Assembly (NCBI GenBank): GCA_035652975.1
Contig: DASRCT010000041.1
Location: forward strand, 24,379-88,378
Direction of reading: 5' to 3'
DNA length: 64,000 nt
Origin: Bryobacteraceae bacterium
GTDB lineage: Bacteria > Acidobacteriota > Terriglobia > Bryobacterales > Bryobacteraceae
Below the pieces are notes generated by a model that worked only from the letters and a program-made list of their open reading frames with translations, had not been told where the DNA came from and ran no database searches. Position numbers and translations under genes: made by a program. Shown here piece after piece: positions 43,115 through 51,841 of this stretch. Position 1 is the stretch's first letter, and every line of letters begins with the position of its first letter.

Positions 43115-44473
43115 ATGTTTAAGCACGTAGTCTGGATCGGCGTTGTTGGCGCGATTGCCTTGGCTGCTGATGCGCCGCGGGTGGAACCAAATGCGGGGAA
43201 CTGGAAGACGTGGATCATCCCGTCCGGAAAGGCGCTCCGTGTCGCGCCACCGCCGGATGCGGCCTCGACGAAAAGTGAGCTTGAGTGGCTTCGAAAAGAA
43301 ACGCTCACGGCTGGCGCGACCGCTCAAGCGGCCTTCCAGATTAAGTACTGGGATGCCGGGGCGCCGGCCTACCGGTGGATGGATCTGATCGAGAGCCGGA
43401 TCGCAGCAAACGAGACAATCACTGCTCACCCTCACCGTGTGCTGGCGTACCTGGCAATGGCCATGTACGACGCAACAATTGCCGCGTGGGAATCCAAGTA
43501 TGCTTACAACCGGCCAAGACCCAGCCAGCTCGATCCTTCCATTAAGACTGCGGTAGCTGTTCCGGACAGCCCGTCCTATCCATCGGAGCACGCGGCGACC
43601 GCTGCAGCGGCGGCCGGAGTTCTCGGATACTTTCTGCCGAACGAAGCAGACTCGCTCCAACGACTCGCGGAAGAAGACGCACGCTCCCGTATTTACGCGG
43701 GAGTCCAGTACCCGAGCGACTACACCGCGGGGTTCGAACTCGGACGGCAGGTGGCTGCCAAAGTCATCGAACGAATTGCGAACGACGGCTACACACTGAC
43801 GTGGACCGGCGCCGTTCCGACGGGACCCTGTATGTGGACCGGAACGAATCCGGGAGGCGTTACGGCAACCAGTTGGAAGACTCTGCTGCTTAGCTCGCCC
43901 AGCGAATTCAGGCCGGCGGCCCCGCCTGATTGTCATTCCCCGGAGATGGCTGCCCAGGTCGCAACGGTGAAAGAGTTCCAGCGCACATTCATCGCCAGCC
44001 AGCGGGCGTTCTACTGGCAGAGCGCTGAAGGAAGAGAGACGTGGCCCTACATTTTCGCGGAAAAGTGGATGTTTGAAGACCGGATGGATCGGAATCCGCC
44101 GCGCGTCGCACGAGCTTACGCGCTGCTCACCGCCGCCCAATATGACGCTTATATAGCGAGTCAGGATGGCAAATTCGCTTATTGGTACCTCCGGCCTCAT
44201 CAACTCGATCCGAGCATTACGCCGTTATTCGCCGTTCCGAACTTTCCAAGTTATCCTTCGAACCACGCGGTGTTTTCGGCCGCGCGGGCCGAAGTGCTGG
44301 CCTACCTCTTCCCAGCAAGGGCTGAGCTGGCTCGCGCCACGGCAAAAGAAGCATCCGAATCGCGAATCTGGGCCGGTATTCATTACCCCATCGACGCTGA
44401 AGCAGGCATGCAAGTCGGCCGCTCCGTCGCACAGAAATTTATCGACTGGGCCAGGTCTGACGGATCCGAATGA
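43115..44473 (+). CDS. PAP2-superfamily protein (acid phosphatase / vanadium-dependent haloperoxidase-like), secreted
   Basis: I chose the ATG at 43115 (MFKHVVWIGVVGAIALAA, a signal peptide) because GGAGG lies 11 nt upstream. PAP2 motifs: SYPSEHAA, SYPSNHAV and SRIWAGIHYPIDAEAG. Confidence 0.8.
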   Translation: MFKHVVWIGVVGAIALAADAPRVEPNAGNWKTWIIPSGKALRVAPPPDAASTKSELEWLRKETLTAGATAQAAFQIKYWDAGAPAYRWMDLIESRIAANETITAHPHRVLAYLAMAMYDATIAAWESKYAYNRPRPSQLDPSIKTAVAVPDSPSYPSEHAATAAAAAGVLGYFLPNEADSLQRLAEEDARSRIYAGVQYPSDYTAGFELGRQVAAKVIERIANDGYTLTWTGAVPTGPCMWTGTNPGGVTATSWKTLLLSSPSEFRPAAPPDCHSPEMAAQVATVKEFQRTFIASQRAFYWQSAEGRETWPYIFAEKWMFEDRMDRNPPRVARAYALLTAAQYDAYIASQDGKFAYWYLRPHQLDPSITPLFAVPNFPSYPSNHAVFSAARAEVLAYLFPARAELARATAKEASESRIWAGIHYPIDAEAGMQVGRSVAQKFIDWARSDGSE

Positions 44474-44481
44474 TGCTGAGT

Positions 44482-45060
44482 CTATTGAGAAGCGTTGGCT
44501 AACTCGCGCGACAGCCACGCTTTTGCCAGTTTCCAATCGCGATGGACGCTCTGGGGGGAAACGGAAAGAACCTCGGCGGCTTCCTCTACGCTGAGACCGC
44601 CGAAGAAACGAAGCTCGATGACGCGAGCCTTGCGTTCATCGAGCCTGGCGAGCGCATCGAGCGCGTCATCCAGGCGAACCAGCTCCTGGTCGCGCTCGAT
44701 GGTCGCGATATCGTCAGCGAGCGTGATCCGGCAGTCCTGTCCGGCGCGCTTTTCGGCTCTCCGGGCTCGCGCTGAATCTACCAGGATCCGGCGCATGATC
44801 TGGGCGGAGATCGCGAAGAAATGCGCGCGATCCTGCCAGCGAACCCCTTCCGCCTCGATGAGGCGCAGGAAGGCCTCATGCACAAGCGCGGTCGGCTGAA
44901 GTGTGTGATCGCAGCGCTCGCGCGCGAGGTAGTTCTGTGCGCGCCTGTGCAACTCGGAGTAGACCAGCGGAATCAGCCGATCGAGCGCAGACCGATCGCC
45001 CTGCCCCCAGGCTTTGAGGAGCGTCGTCACCGCCGCACGGTCCGGAACTGTCGGATCCAC
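44482..45060 (-). CDS. ECF-type sigma-70 family factor (kinase-associated ECF class)
   Basis: LLKAWGQGDRSALDRLIPLVYSELHRRAQNYL...PTALVHEAFLRL (region 2) and GGLSVEEAAEVLSVSPQSVHRDWKLAKAWL (region 4). It lies immediately downstream of a Ser/Thr kinase. Confidence 0.9.
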   Translation of the reverse strand: MDPTVPDRAAVTTLLKAWGQGDRSALDRLIPLVYSELHRRAQNYLARERCDHTLQPTALVHEAFLRLIEAEGVRWQDRAHFFAISAQIMRRILVDSARARRAEKRAGQDCRITLADDIATIERDQELVRLDDALDALARLDERKARVIELRFFGGLSVEEAAEVLSVSPQSVHRDWKLAKAWLSRELANASQ

Positions 45061-45097
45061 GAGAAGAGTTTATGTTGAATTTTCGCTGAGCGGCGAG

Positions 45098-48022
45098 TCA
45101 GGGCTCCATGAGCCAGATTCCACCGGTGGTCTCCGGTACGTTGAAGACGAAGCCCGAGCGAATGATGCCATTTCCAAAAGGAGTTGAAACGAAATCCCAA
45201 CGAGGGCTGTGGAAGTGTTGAACTGCGAATGGCTGTCCCTGAGGCTTGCCGCTTTCCGGATCGATTCGCTGTGCGTAAAGGCAGCGGAAACCATCGCGGT
45301 CCAGCAACAGGTACAGGAGCTTGCCGTCTGGAGACCATCCGCAGTGTCGTTCGTACTCGCCAGCAACGTCAAGGACAGGGATCCAGTCGGCCTTCTGCGC
45401 CGCGATGCCCGGGCGAAATCGGGCGATCCAAATCCGGCTGGCCGTTCGAAATGCGAGCCATCGGTCATCCCACGACAAGTGCGGCCTTGTGAGCCCTTCT
45501 CCGCGAAGCACTTCCCGCGGCGCTCCCGACTCTACATCGATAATGCGGACTATAGTTCGCGTTCTGTTGATTCCCAGTATCGACTTGTTGTCGGCGAGCC
45601 AGCCAAAAAGCACGCAGTCATCGCAGATCTTGCGAACTATCCCGCCGCTCGACTTCACTACGTAGCCCGTCGAGGGAGGGTAATTGTCGGAATACGCGAC
45701 GAAAGCGCCGTCCCTCGAAATCGTCGCGTTTACGGATCTATAGGGAAAACTTGTCAGCTCGCGCTCTTCGCCGGTTTGCATGTTGCGGATAACGATTTGC
45801 GTCACTCTCCCCCGGTGTTTCACATAGGTCAGCCACCGTCCGTCATCAGACATGCTGTGGCGCCCAGCCTCGAGGGAAAGATCGAGGCGGAGAGTTTTTC
45901 TCGGGCCGGCGACCTTCCCGGTGTTGGGGTCGAGCGGCAGCAGAAAGCTTCCTGACGTGCTCTCTGCATGCTGAAACACCAAACGGCCGTTGCGATCCGC
46001 CGAAGGTGCGAAGTCATCGCCGGGCCCGCTGGTTACTCGACGAGGCGGACCCTCGATACGGCCGCTTTCCTGAGACACCAGCATAATCCAGACGTTGATG
46101 TTGCCGTCCAGATTTGCCGAGAACCAAACACCTTGTCGCGTCCAGTTTTGCGCGAGCCAGTCACCCGTTCGTAAGTCGCCCTTTCCTGCGAATCCGAGTT
46201 TCCCGATTGCGCCTTCCGCGCCAATCGGAATCAATTCGTTCAGGTTCTTCGCAAACCACCAGTCATACTCCTCTTTGTCAGAACGGTGGCCCCAGAACAG
46301 CACGCTCTGTCCATCGGGCGACCATATAGGATTCCGTGAGTTTGCGAATTGAGGGGCGACCTGGGCAGGCGTGCCTCCGACCGCCGGTATAACGAAAACC
46401 TTGCTTGCAAGCGGCGCCCGTGTAGGTTGTACGATGCCCTGCCCGGTCCAGTAGGCGATCCGGCTGCCATCGGGGGAAAACTTCGGCCGGCGTCCTTCAG
46501 GAGCAAGTAAACGCGGAGTGCCGCCCAGGGTCGGTATGACGTAGATAGCATTAGTTCCGCTCGAGCGATACACGATTGAACTGCCGTCAGGCGAGAAGTC
46601 CGGTTCGCGGTTGTCAGCAGGTCCGCGCGTCAGGCGCAATGGTTCGCCCCCGTTGAGATGTTGCACCCACAAGTCAAGATGATCCTCGCCGGAGCGATCG
46701 GACGCGTAGACGACCATGCGGCCGTCAGACGAAATGGCCGGCTCCGTTGCGAGTCCCGGCTCCCATGACACTCGGGTAAAACGTGGCCCGAGAGTCTGCT
46801 GAACGTGTCCACTCTGCCGTCGATACAACGTCCAGCCCGCCACCGCCAGCAGAATTGCTCCGAGCGTGGCTAAAGAGAGTGCAATCCACGGTGTTGCGCG
46901 ACGCTTCGGTGAGGTCGCTGTCACAGATGCTCGTGCGTCCTCAATACCAGGTTGAGAACCGCGAATCGAGTCATCCAGTTCCAGCCGCGCGTCTGCGATG
47001 TCGTGCAAACGGCGCCTCAGGTCCTTCGCAAGGCAGCGTCTTATCAACCGATGCACATTGGCGGGCAACTCCGGCGGGAGAGCGTTCCAATCCGGATCGG
47101 CCTGCAGGATCGAGACGATCAGGTCCGGGACCGTCCTGCCGGAAAACGGCCGCCGGCCTGTCAGCATCTCGTACAGCACGCATCCGAATGCCCATATATC
47201 CGTGCGTTTGTCGACAGCCTCGCCCCGGGCCTGCTCCGGGCTCATGTAGCTCGCTGTGCCGAGGATAGCCCCGGGCTGCGTGGCGTCAGCATTTATGGTG
47301 GACGTATCGCCGTCCGCTGCATCTGGTCGATGCGGATCGAGTTTCGCGAGACCAAAATCCAGAACTTTGACGACGCCTTCCGGTGTGAGCTTTATATTCC
47401 CGGGCTTCAGATCGCGCTGAACGATACCCCGGTTGTGAGCCGCGTCCAAAGCATCCGCTACCTGGCGTGCTATAACGAGCGCATCCGGTACGTTCAGCGG
47501 GCCTTTGCGCAACCGCTCCGCAAGATCGGCGCCTTCGACCAGTTCTAATACCAAACCGCGAAGCCCGCTTGCCTGCTCCAGACAGTAGATTGCTGCGATG
47601 TTCGGATGATTCAGCGCAGCCAGGACCCGCGCCTCCCGTTCAAATCTCGCCAGCCTGTCAGCGTCGGAAACGAATGCCGGAGGAAGAACCTTTATGGCTA
47701 CTTCACGGTGCAGTTGTGTGTCGGTGGCCCGGTAGACTTCTCCCATGCCACCGCAGCCAAGCAGGCTTTTGATGCGATAGATCCCGAACATCGAGTCCGG
47801 TGAGAGGCGTGCGCTCGCAGGCGAAACGGCCGCCCACACAGGGCGCTGAAGGAGCTCACTGGAAGAATTCGTATGCCTCAGCAACGACTCGACTTCCCGG
47901 TAAAGATCGAGGTCGTCGCCACAAGCTTGGCGCAGAAAAGCCTCGCGCTCTTCCGCTGGGCGTTCCAGCGTCGCGTGGAATAGCGCGTCCACCTGCTGCC
48001 ACCGATGAGGAGCCAGCGCCAT
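45098..48022 (-). CDS. Ser/Thr protein kinase with one TM helix and periplasmic TolB-like (PD40/WD40-like) beta-propellers
   Basis: LGCGGMGEVY, VAIKVL, RDLKPGN, DFG and SYMSPEQ. TM helix WIALSLATLGAILLAVAGW. Repeated SxDG..ivY / FSPDGS blades. Confidence 0.9.
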   Translation of the reverse strand: MALAPHRWQQVDALFHATLERPAEEREAFLRQACGDDLDLYREVESLLRHTNSSSELLQRPVWAAVSPASARLSPDSMFGIYRIKSLLGCGGMGEVYRATDTQLHREVAIKVLPPAFVSDADRLARFEREARVLAALNHPNIAAIYCLEQASGLRGLVLELVEGADLAERLRKGPLNVPDALVIARQVADALDAAHNRGIVQRDLKPGNIKLTPEGVVKVLDFGLAKLDPHRPDAADGDTSTINADATQPGAILGTASYMSPEQARGEAVDKRTDIWAFGCVLYEMLTGRRPFSGRTVPDLIVSILQADPDWNALPPELPANVHRLIRRCLAKDLRRRLHDIADARLELDDSIRGSQPGIEDARASVTATSPKRRATPWIALSLATLGAILLAVAGWTLYRRQSGHVQQTLGPRFTRVSWEPGLATEPAISSDGRMVVYASDRSGEDHLDLWVQHLNGGEPLRLTRGPADNREPDFSPDGSSIVYRSSGTNAIYVIPTLGGTPRLLAPEGRRPKFSPDGSRIAYWTGQGIVQPTRAPLASKVFVIPAVGGTPAQVAPQFANSRNPIWSPDGQSVLFWGHRSDKEEYDWWFAKNLNELIPIGAEGAIGKLGFAGKGDLRTGDWLAQNWTRQGVWFSANLDGNINVWIMLVSQESGRIEGPPRRVTSGPGDDFAPSADRNGRLVFQHAESTSGSFLLPLDPNTGKVAGPRKTLRLDLSLEAGRHSMSDDGRWLTYVKHRGRVTQIVIRNMQTGEERELTSFPYRSVNATISRDGAFVAYSDNYPPSTGYVVKSSGGIVRKICDDCVLFGWLADNKSILGINRTRTIVRIIDVESGAPREVLRGEGLTRPHLSWDDRWLAFRTASRIWIARFRPGIAAQKADWIPVLDVAGEYERHCGWSPDGKLLYLLLDRDGFRCLYAQRIDPESGKPQGQPFAVQHFHSPRWDFVSTPFGNGIIRSGFVFNVPETTGGIWLMEP

Positions 48023-48135
48023 GAGAATTTGAGAATTCTAACATGCACGCCCGCGGAGCGCTCCAGCGCAGTTCGCGCGGCTCGCGTTGATCCCGGAAAC
48101 AGCGATTGCGGAAAGGGCGGCTCGAAGGAAGACGT

Positions 48136-48170
48136 CCAAAAGCGGCGCGGGGCCGCGGTTGCGGCCCCGC
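48136..48170 (-). terminator. Intrinsic-terminator-like hairpin downstream of the 48177-48779 gene
   Basis: On the minus strand the order is TAA stop, 6 nt, GCGGGGCCGC-AACC-GCGGCCCCGC (a perfect 10-bp stem at 48147-48170), then GCCGCTTTTGG. Confidence 0.45.
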
Positions 48171-48176
48171 TCGTCC

Positions 48177-48779
48177 TTACGCCGCCTTCAAGCCGCCTTC
48201 GCGGCCCGAGAAGGGCTTTCGCACCGGAGGCCGGACAGGCCGCGCGCGGCCGGTTTCCATCGGCAGCGGCTGCACACTCCGATTTCGGTAAGTGGTGTGA
48301 AAGTATTCGTCCAGCGGGAACAGCGCATAGGGTTCCAGCTCGTAAAACACCAGCCCCAGCTTATGTTGTATTCGGTAGACGGTGTGAAAGAACGTTCCGC
48401 GGTCTACATTCAGGCGCCGGCAGGCCAGCCTCCAGTCGGCGCCAAGCAAATAGCGAAACCTGAAAATGCGATATTCCTCTTCGGTGAGTGAACGACGGCT
48501 CACATTGATGAAATCCGCAATGTACTCTTCCTCTTTCCGGCCCCACGTGCCTCGGCGGTTCGGACCGGAGTGAATCTCCAGCGTCACCTTGCTCAGGTAT
48601 TTCTCCCTGGTGCTGCAATACCGGAAGCGTTTGTAGCAAGCGCGGAAGATTGCGCGCAGCACGCAGTCACACGCCGTCGATTCACCCTTCCTGGCCAAAA
48701 GGCGCAATCCGATTCCCCGGCAGTGCGCGCATTTTTGTGAAGCCAGCGCCAACGTAGTCGATCTTGTCCACTCTTTCAT
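48177..48779 (-). CDS. Hypothetical regulator: N-terminal Cys cluster + sigma-70 region-4-like HTH
   Basis: CAHC...CDC...C...C at the N-terminus. LTEEEYRIFRFRYLLGADWRLACRRLNVDRGTFFHTVYRIQHKLG resembles a sigma region 4 / LuxR-type HTH. The local GC looks lower than in the flanks. Confidence 0.5.
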   Translation of the reverse strand: MKEWTRSTTLALASQKCAHCRGIGLRLLARKGESTACDCVLRAIFRACYKRFRYCSTREKYLSKVTLEIHSGPNRRGTWGRKEEEYIADFINVSRRSLTEEEYRIFRFRYLLGADWRLACRRLNVDRGTFFHTVYRIQHKLGLVFYELEPYALFPLDEYFHTTYRNRSVQPLPMETGRARPVRPPVRKPFSGREGGLKAA

Positions 48780-48909
48780 CCTTTTTGAATGTCCTCCAGG
48801 CGGCTGCCGCCGCCCGTTTTCTTGTTTTGTCTGTATGTCTCAATACTAAGGCGAGTCGAAAAAAGGTCAACTATTGCCGAATATTTTTTGTTCGTTCTCG
48901 GGCTAGAAC

Positions 48910-48921
48910 ACACTATAGTGT
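48910..48921. promoter_or_regulatory. Perfect 12-bp palindrome ACACTATAGTGT in the divergent intergenic region (candidate operator)
   Basis: Read directly from the sequence. It lies in the 311-nt AT-richer spacer between the two divergently transcribed HTH genes. Confidence 0.3.
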
Positions 48922-49093
48922 TTGGGATATTCCACGATTTACTGCGGGTTTACGGCAAATGATGAAGATTGCGCAATACGCCTTGAATCAGCCGCCTGAT
49001 TTCTAGTATGGTGGCAGTGCCAGACTGCCTATTTCAAACTGAAATCAGGCGTTCACCGCGGCGCCGCCCCGGTCTCGATTTCCCCATTCATTG

Positions 49094-49834
49094 ATGCGAT
49101 TCGAAACTTTGCAGCAGCGCCTGCTCGAATACGTGCGTGAAGTCGTCAGAAACGGCGACGCGACCGAGCGCAGTCTCGCCCGGCTCACCGGCATCTCGCA
49201 GCCACACATACATAACGTGCTGAAGGGCGTGAGGTCCATGAATTCCGAGATCGCCGACACTGTTCTGGAGCGGCTGGGACTGAGCATTTACGATCTCTTC
49301 GAAGCCTCGGAATTATCCAATGCGGCGATGTCGCGCGTGGCCGAACAGGAGGGCCGGATCGAAGCCCCTGTTCTCGTGGACCGGCTCGGTCCCGGTTTGC
49401 CTTGGCCGTCGGAGGTCAGCTTGTTTGAGCGGTTTCCTGTGCCGTTCCGGATTGCCGCAGGCATCCACCATCCTGTGGTGGTCCGGCTTGCAAATGACCC
49501 GCGCATGTTCGGCGTCCTGAACACTGGTCTCGCGCTGCTCGATCGCTCCGAATCCGGGCGCAGGGCGCCGGATGCGGCAAGTCTGTGGGCCGTCTGCCGC
49601 GGCGGAGAGGGCGTCATCCGGTGGGTCCGGGTGGGGCGCGCCGGCGTTTATCTTGCCGCCGCAGACTGCCTGGACTGCCCGAGTCGCTGGGAGTACGTGC
49701 GCATTCGCGAGCGCGATCTTCCGGAAATCGTGAAAGCGCGGGTCACGATCCTGAAGACGCCGGAGCCTTCGCGCGCGCCGCGCCGACTTCCCGGTAGGTC
49801 TCAAGAACCAATTCTGCGGCGCGCCGCCAGCTGA
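49094..49834 (+). CDS. XRE/cI-like HTH transcriptional regulator with a degenerate S24-like C-terminal domain
   Basis: ERSLARLTGISQPHIHNVLKGVRSMNSEIADTVLERLGLSIYDLF is an XRE-type HTH. The C-terminal beta-rich domain has NDPRMFGV where LexA/cI proteins have GDSMxP. Either TTG 49091 or ATG 49094 could be the start. Confidence 0.6.
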   Translation: MRFETLQQRLLEYVREVVRNGDATERSLARLTGISQPHIHNVLKGVRSMNSEIADTVLERLGLSIYDLFEASELSNAAMSRVAEQEGRIEAPVLVDRLGPGLPWPSEVSLFERFPVPFRIAAGIHHPVVVRLANDPRMFGVLNTGLALLDRSESGRRAPDAASLWAVCRGGEGVIRWVRVGRAGVYLAAADCLDCPSRWEYVRIRERDLPEIVKARVTILKTPEPSRAPRRLPGRSQEPILRRAAS

Positions 49835-50939
49835 ACCGCTTCAACTGCTCATAGCCGCGCGCAACGCAGTGGACCCGGACCTCGGAGTTGAGCAGAGCAT
49901 CGCGCAGCCCCCGAGCGATATCGAACACGTTTTCCGGGTTCACCAGCACCGCCGCGTCGCCCACCACCTCCGGCAGCGAGCTGACGTTTGAACACACCAC
50001 AGGCGTGCCGCAGGCCATCGCTTCAAGCGGAGGCAGGCCAAAGCCTTCGTAGAGGGATGGAAACGCGAACGCCGCGGCAGCCTTATAGAACATCCGCAAC
50101 GTTTGAATCGGCACGAACCCGAGAAACCTTACGGCATGTTCGACCCGGCTGCGGATTACAGCCTGCCGCACGGCTGGGTATTTCGAGATTTCGTCTCCGA
50201 TGATGATCAGTCGCAGGTCGCAATAAATCGGGTGCCTCGCCAACTCGCCGCGAAGTACGGCGAAGGCTTCTACCAGCCGAGGAATATTCTTCTGCGGCCG
50301 TATGTTGCCTGCGTACAGGATAAACGGATAGTTGATCTGGTACCGCTCCATCGTGCGATAGGCGTCCTCCAATTCCAGGCCGCGCGAAGGCGCCGTAAAG
50401 ACTGGGTCCGGGGCGTTGTAGATCAGCTTCGTGCGCTCGACCGGAATGCCGAGGGTGTGCTGGATATCGCGGCGCGTCGCCTCGGAGACCGAGATAATGC
50501 TGTCGGCCCGCTCCAGACCGCGCCGCAGCCGGTACAAATGCCAGTCCTGCCGCCAGTCGCGGCTGCCCACAAACAGGAGAGTGCTGATATCGTGCACGGT
50601 GACGACGTATGGCTTGGGCATCCAAAAGGGGACGGCGTTGAGCGGAACATGGTAGAGGTCGGCGCGGCAGCGGCGCAGAAATGCCGCATATGCGACGCCC
50701 GGTCCGAGCAGACGTTTCGGGGGTTCGAACGCCGTGATCTCGAAATTGGCGGGCAACTGCGGCACTTCACTGGCGTCCGCCGGGGAGACGACCACGGTGT
50801 AACGGTCCTGCGCGTCGATGCAGCCGAGGGCGGCCAGCAGGTTTCGAATGTAGGTGCCGACGCCGAAATCGCGAATTTTACGCGCGTCAAAAACGATATG
50901 CAGCGGCGCCTCCGTGCGGACCGCCCGGACAGGGGACAA
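49743..50939 (-). CDS. Family-4 (GT-B, GT1-type) glycosyltransferase
   Basis: [23 protein letters not shown] at the N-terminus. C-terminal [28 protein letters not shown] (E-x7-E region). The ORF is open to 51029. I preferred the TTG at 50939, directly after the rpiB stop. An alternative ATG lies at 50993. Confidence 0.8.
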   Translation of the reverse strand: MSPVRAVRTEAPLHIVFDARKIRDFGVGTYIRNLLAALGCIDAQDRYTVVVSPADASEVPQLPANFEITAFEPPKRLLGPGVAYAAFLRRCRADLYHVPLNAVPFWMPKPYVVTVHDISTLLFVGSRDWRQDWHLYRLRRGLERADSIISVSEATRRDIQHTLGIPVERTKLIYNAPDPVFTAPSRGLELEDAYRTMERYQINYPFILYAGNIRPQKNIPRLVEAFAVLRGELARHPIYCDLRLIIIGDEISKYPAVRQAVIRSRVEHAVRFLGFVPIQTLRMFYKAAAAFAFPSLYEGFGLPPLEAMACGTPVVCSNVSSLPEVVGDAAVLVNPENVFDIARGLRDALLNSEVRVHCVARGYEQLKRFSWRRAAELVLETYREVGAARAKAPASSGS

Positions 50940-50940
50940 A

Positions 50941-51390
50941 CTATGCCCCGCGACGTTGTTCGAGAGCGGCGATTTTAGCAACCCGACGCGCATGGCGTCC
51001 GCCTTCAAACTCCGTATTGAGGAACGCATCGACCAGCCGGCAGGCGCGGTCGAAATCCGTATAGCGAGCTCCGATGGTCAGCACGTTAGCGTCATTGTGA
51101 GCCCGCGTCAGTCGCACTTCCTCTTCATTCACTGCGAGCGCCGCCCGGATGCCGTGCAGCTTGTTGGCGGCGATCGACATGCCCACTCCCGTCGAACAGA
51201 CCAGAATGCCGCGGTCGGCTGCGCCGGACGATATCGCCGATCCCACCGACGAGGCGTAGTCCGGATAGTCGGTTGAATCCGGGCTGCTCGCGCCGAAGTC
51301 GATCACTTCGTGCCCGCGCGCCTCCAACGCTGGGCGCAATTGTTCTTTCAGGGTGAAGCCCGCGTGATCGGCGCCAAGCGCGATCTTCAT
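50941..51390 (-). CDS. rpiB: Ribose-5-phosphate isomerase B
   Basis: MKIALGADHAGFTLKE...DYPDYA...GILVCSTGVGMSIAANK..GIRAAL...ARLTRAHNDANVLTIGAR. Confidence 0.9.
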   Translation of the reverse strand: MKIALGADHAGFTLKEQLRPALEARGHEVIDFGASSPDSTDYPDYASSVGSAISSGAADRGILVCSTGVGMSIAANKLHGIRAALAVNEEEVRLTRAHNDANVLTIGARYTDFDRACRLVDAFLNTEFEGGRHARRVAKIAALEQRRGA

Positions 51391-51418
51391 AGGTATTCCA
51401 GATCTTATCACCGGCGCT

Positions 51419-51841
51419 TCACCGGCCCGGGCTGGGGGGATCTCCGCTCAGCGGGTGAACCGCGAACACGTACTCTTCAACCGGTCTTCCGCCGATCAGA
51501 TGTTCCCGAATGATCCGTTCGAGGACGGGCGGCGTACAGGAGTGGTACCACACGCCGTCGGGATAAACGACCGCAATCGGCCCGCGGGCGCAGATGCGAA
51601 GGCAATTCGCCTTGGTCCTGTAAACGCAGTTCGGGCCGGTGAGGAGGCCCAGTTCTTTCAGCCGGCGCTTGAGATGATCCCAGGCCGGCGCGCTCACTTC
51701 ACGCGGCGCGCACTTGGGCTCGGTCTGGTCGGCGCAAAGGAAGATATGGCGGCCGAGCCGGGAAATTTGCAGCGTCTCCGCGATGCTGGCGAGGGCTGGG
51801 TCTGTCATGATGGGGTCCGCGTTCACTGCGTTGCCGGCCAC
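51419..51841 (-). CDS. Thioredoxin-like [2Fe-2S] ferredoxin-domain protein
   Basis: [13 protein letters not shown]...[22 protein letters not shown] carries four Cys in the spacing typical of this fold. An alternative start is the ATG at 51808. Confidence 0.55.
   Translation of the reverse strand: MAGNAVNADPIMTDPALASIAETLQISRLGRHIFLCADQTEPKCAPREVSAPAWDHLKRRLKELGLLTGPNCVYRTKANCLRICARGPIAVVYPDGVWYHSCTPPVLERIIREHLIGGRPVEEYVFAVHPLSGDPPSPGR

Noticed and set aside
43064-44203. 379-aa minus-strand ORF opposite the PAP2 gene
   Set aside because: It has an extremely Arg/Ser/Gly-rich composition and no motifs. The plus-strand frame carries the canonical PAP2 signature and a signal peptide.
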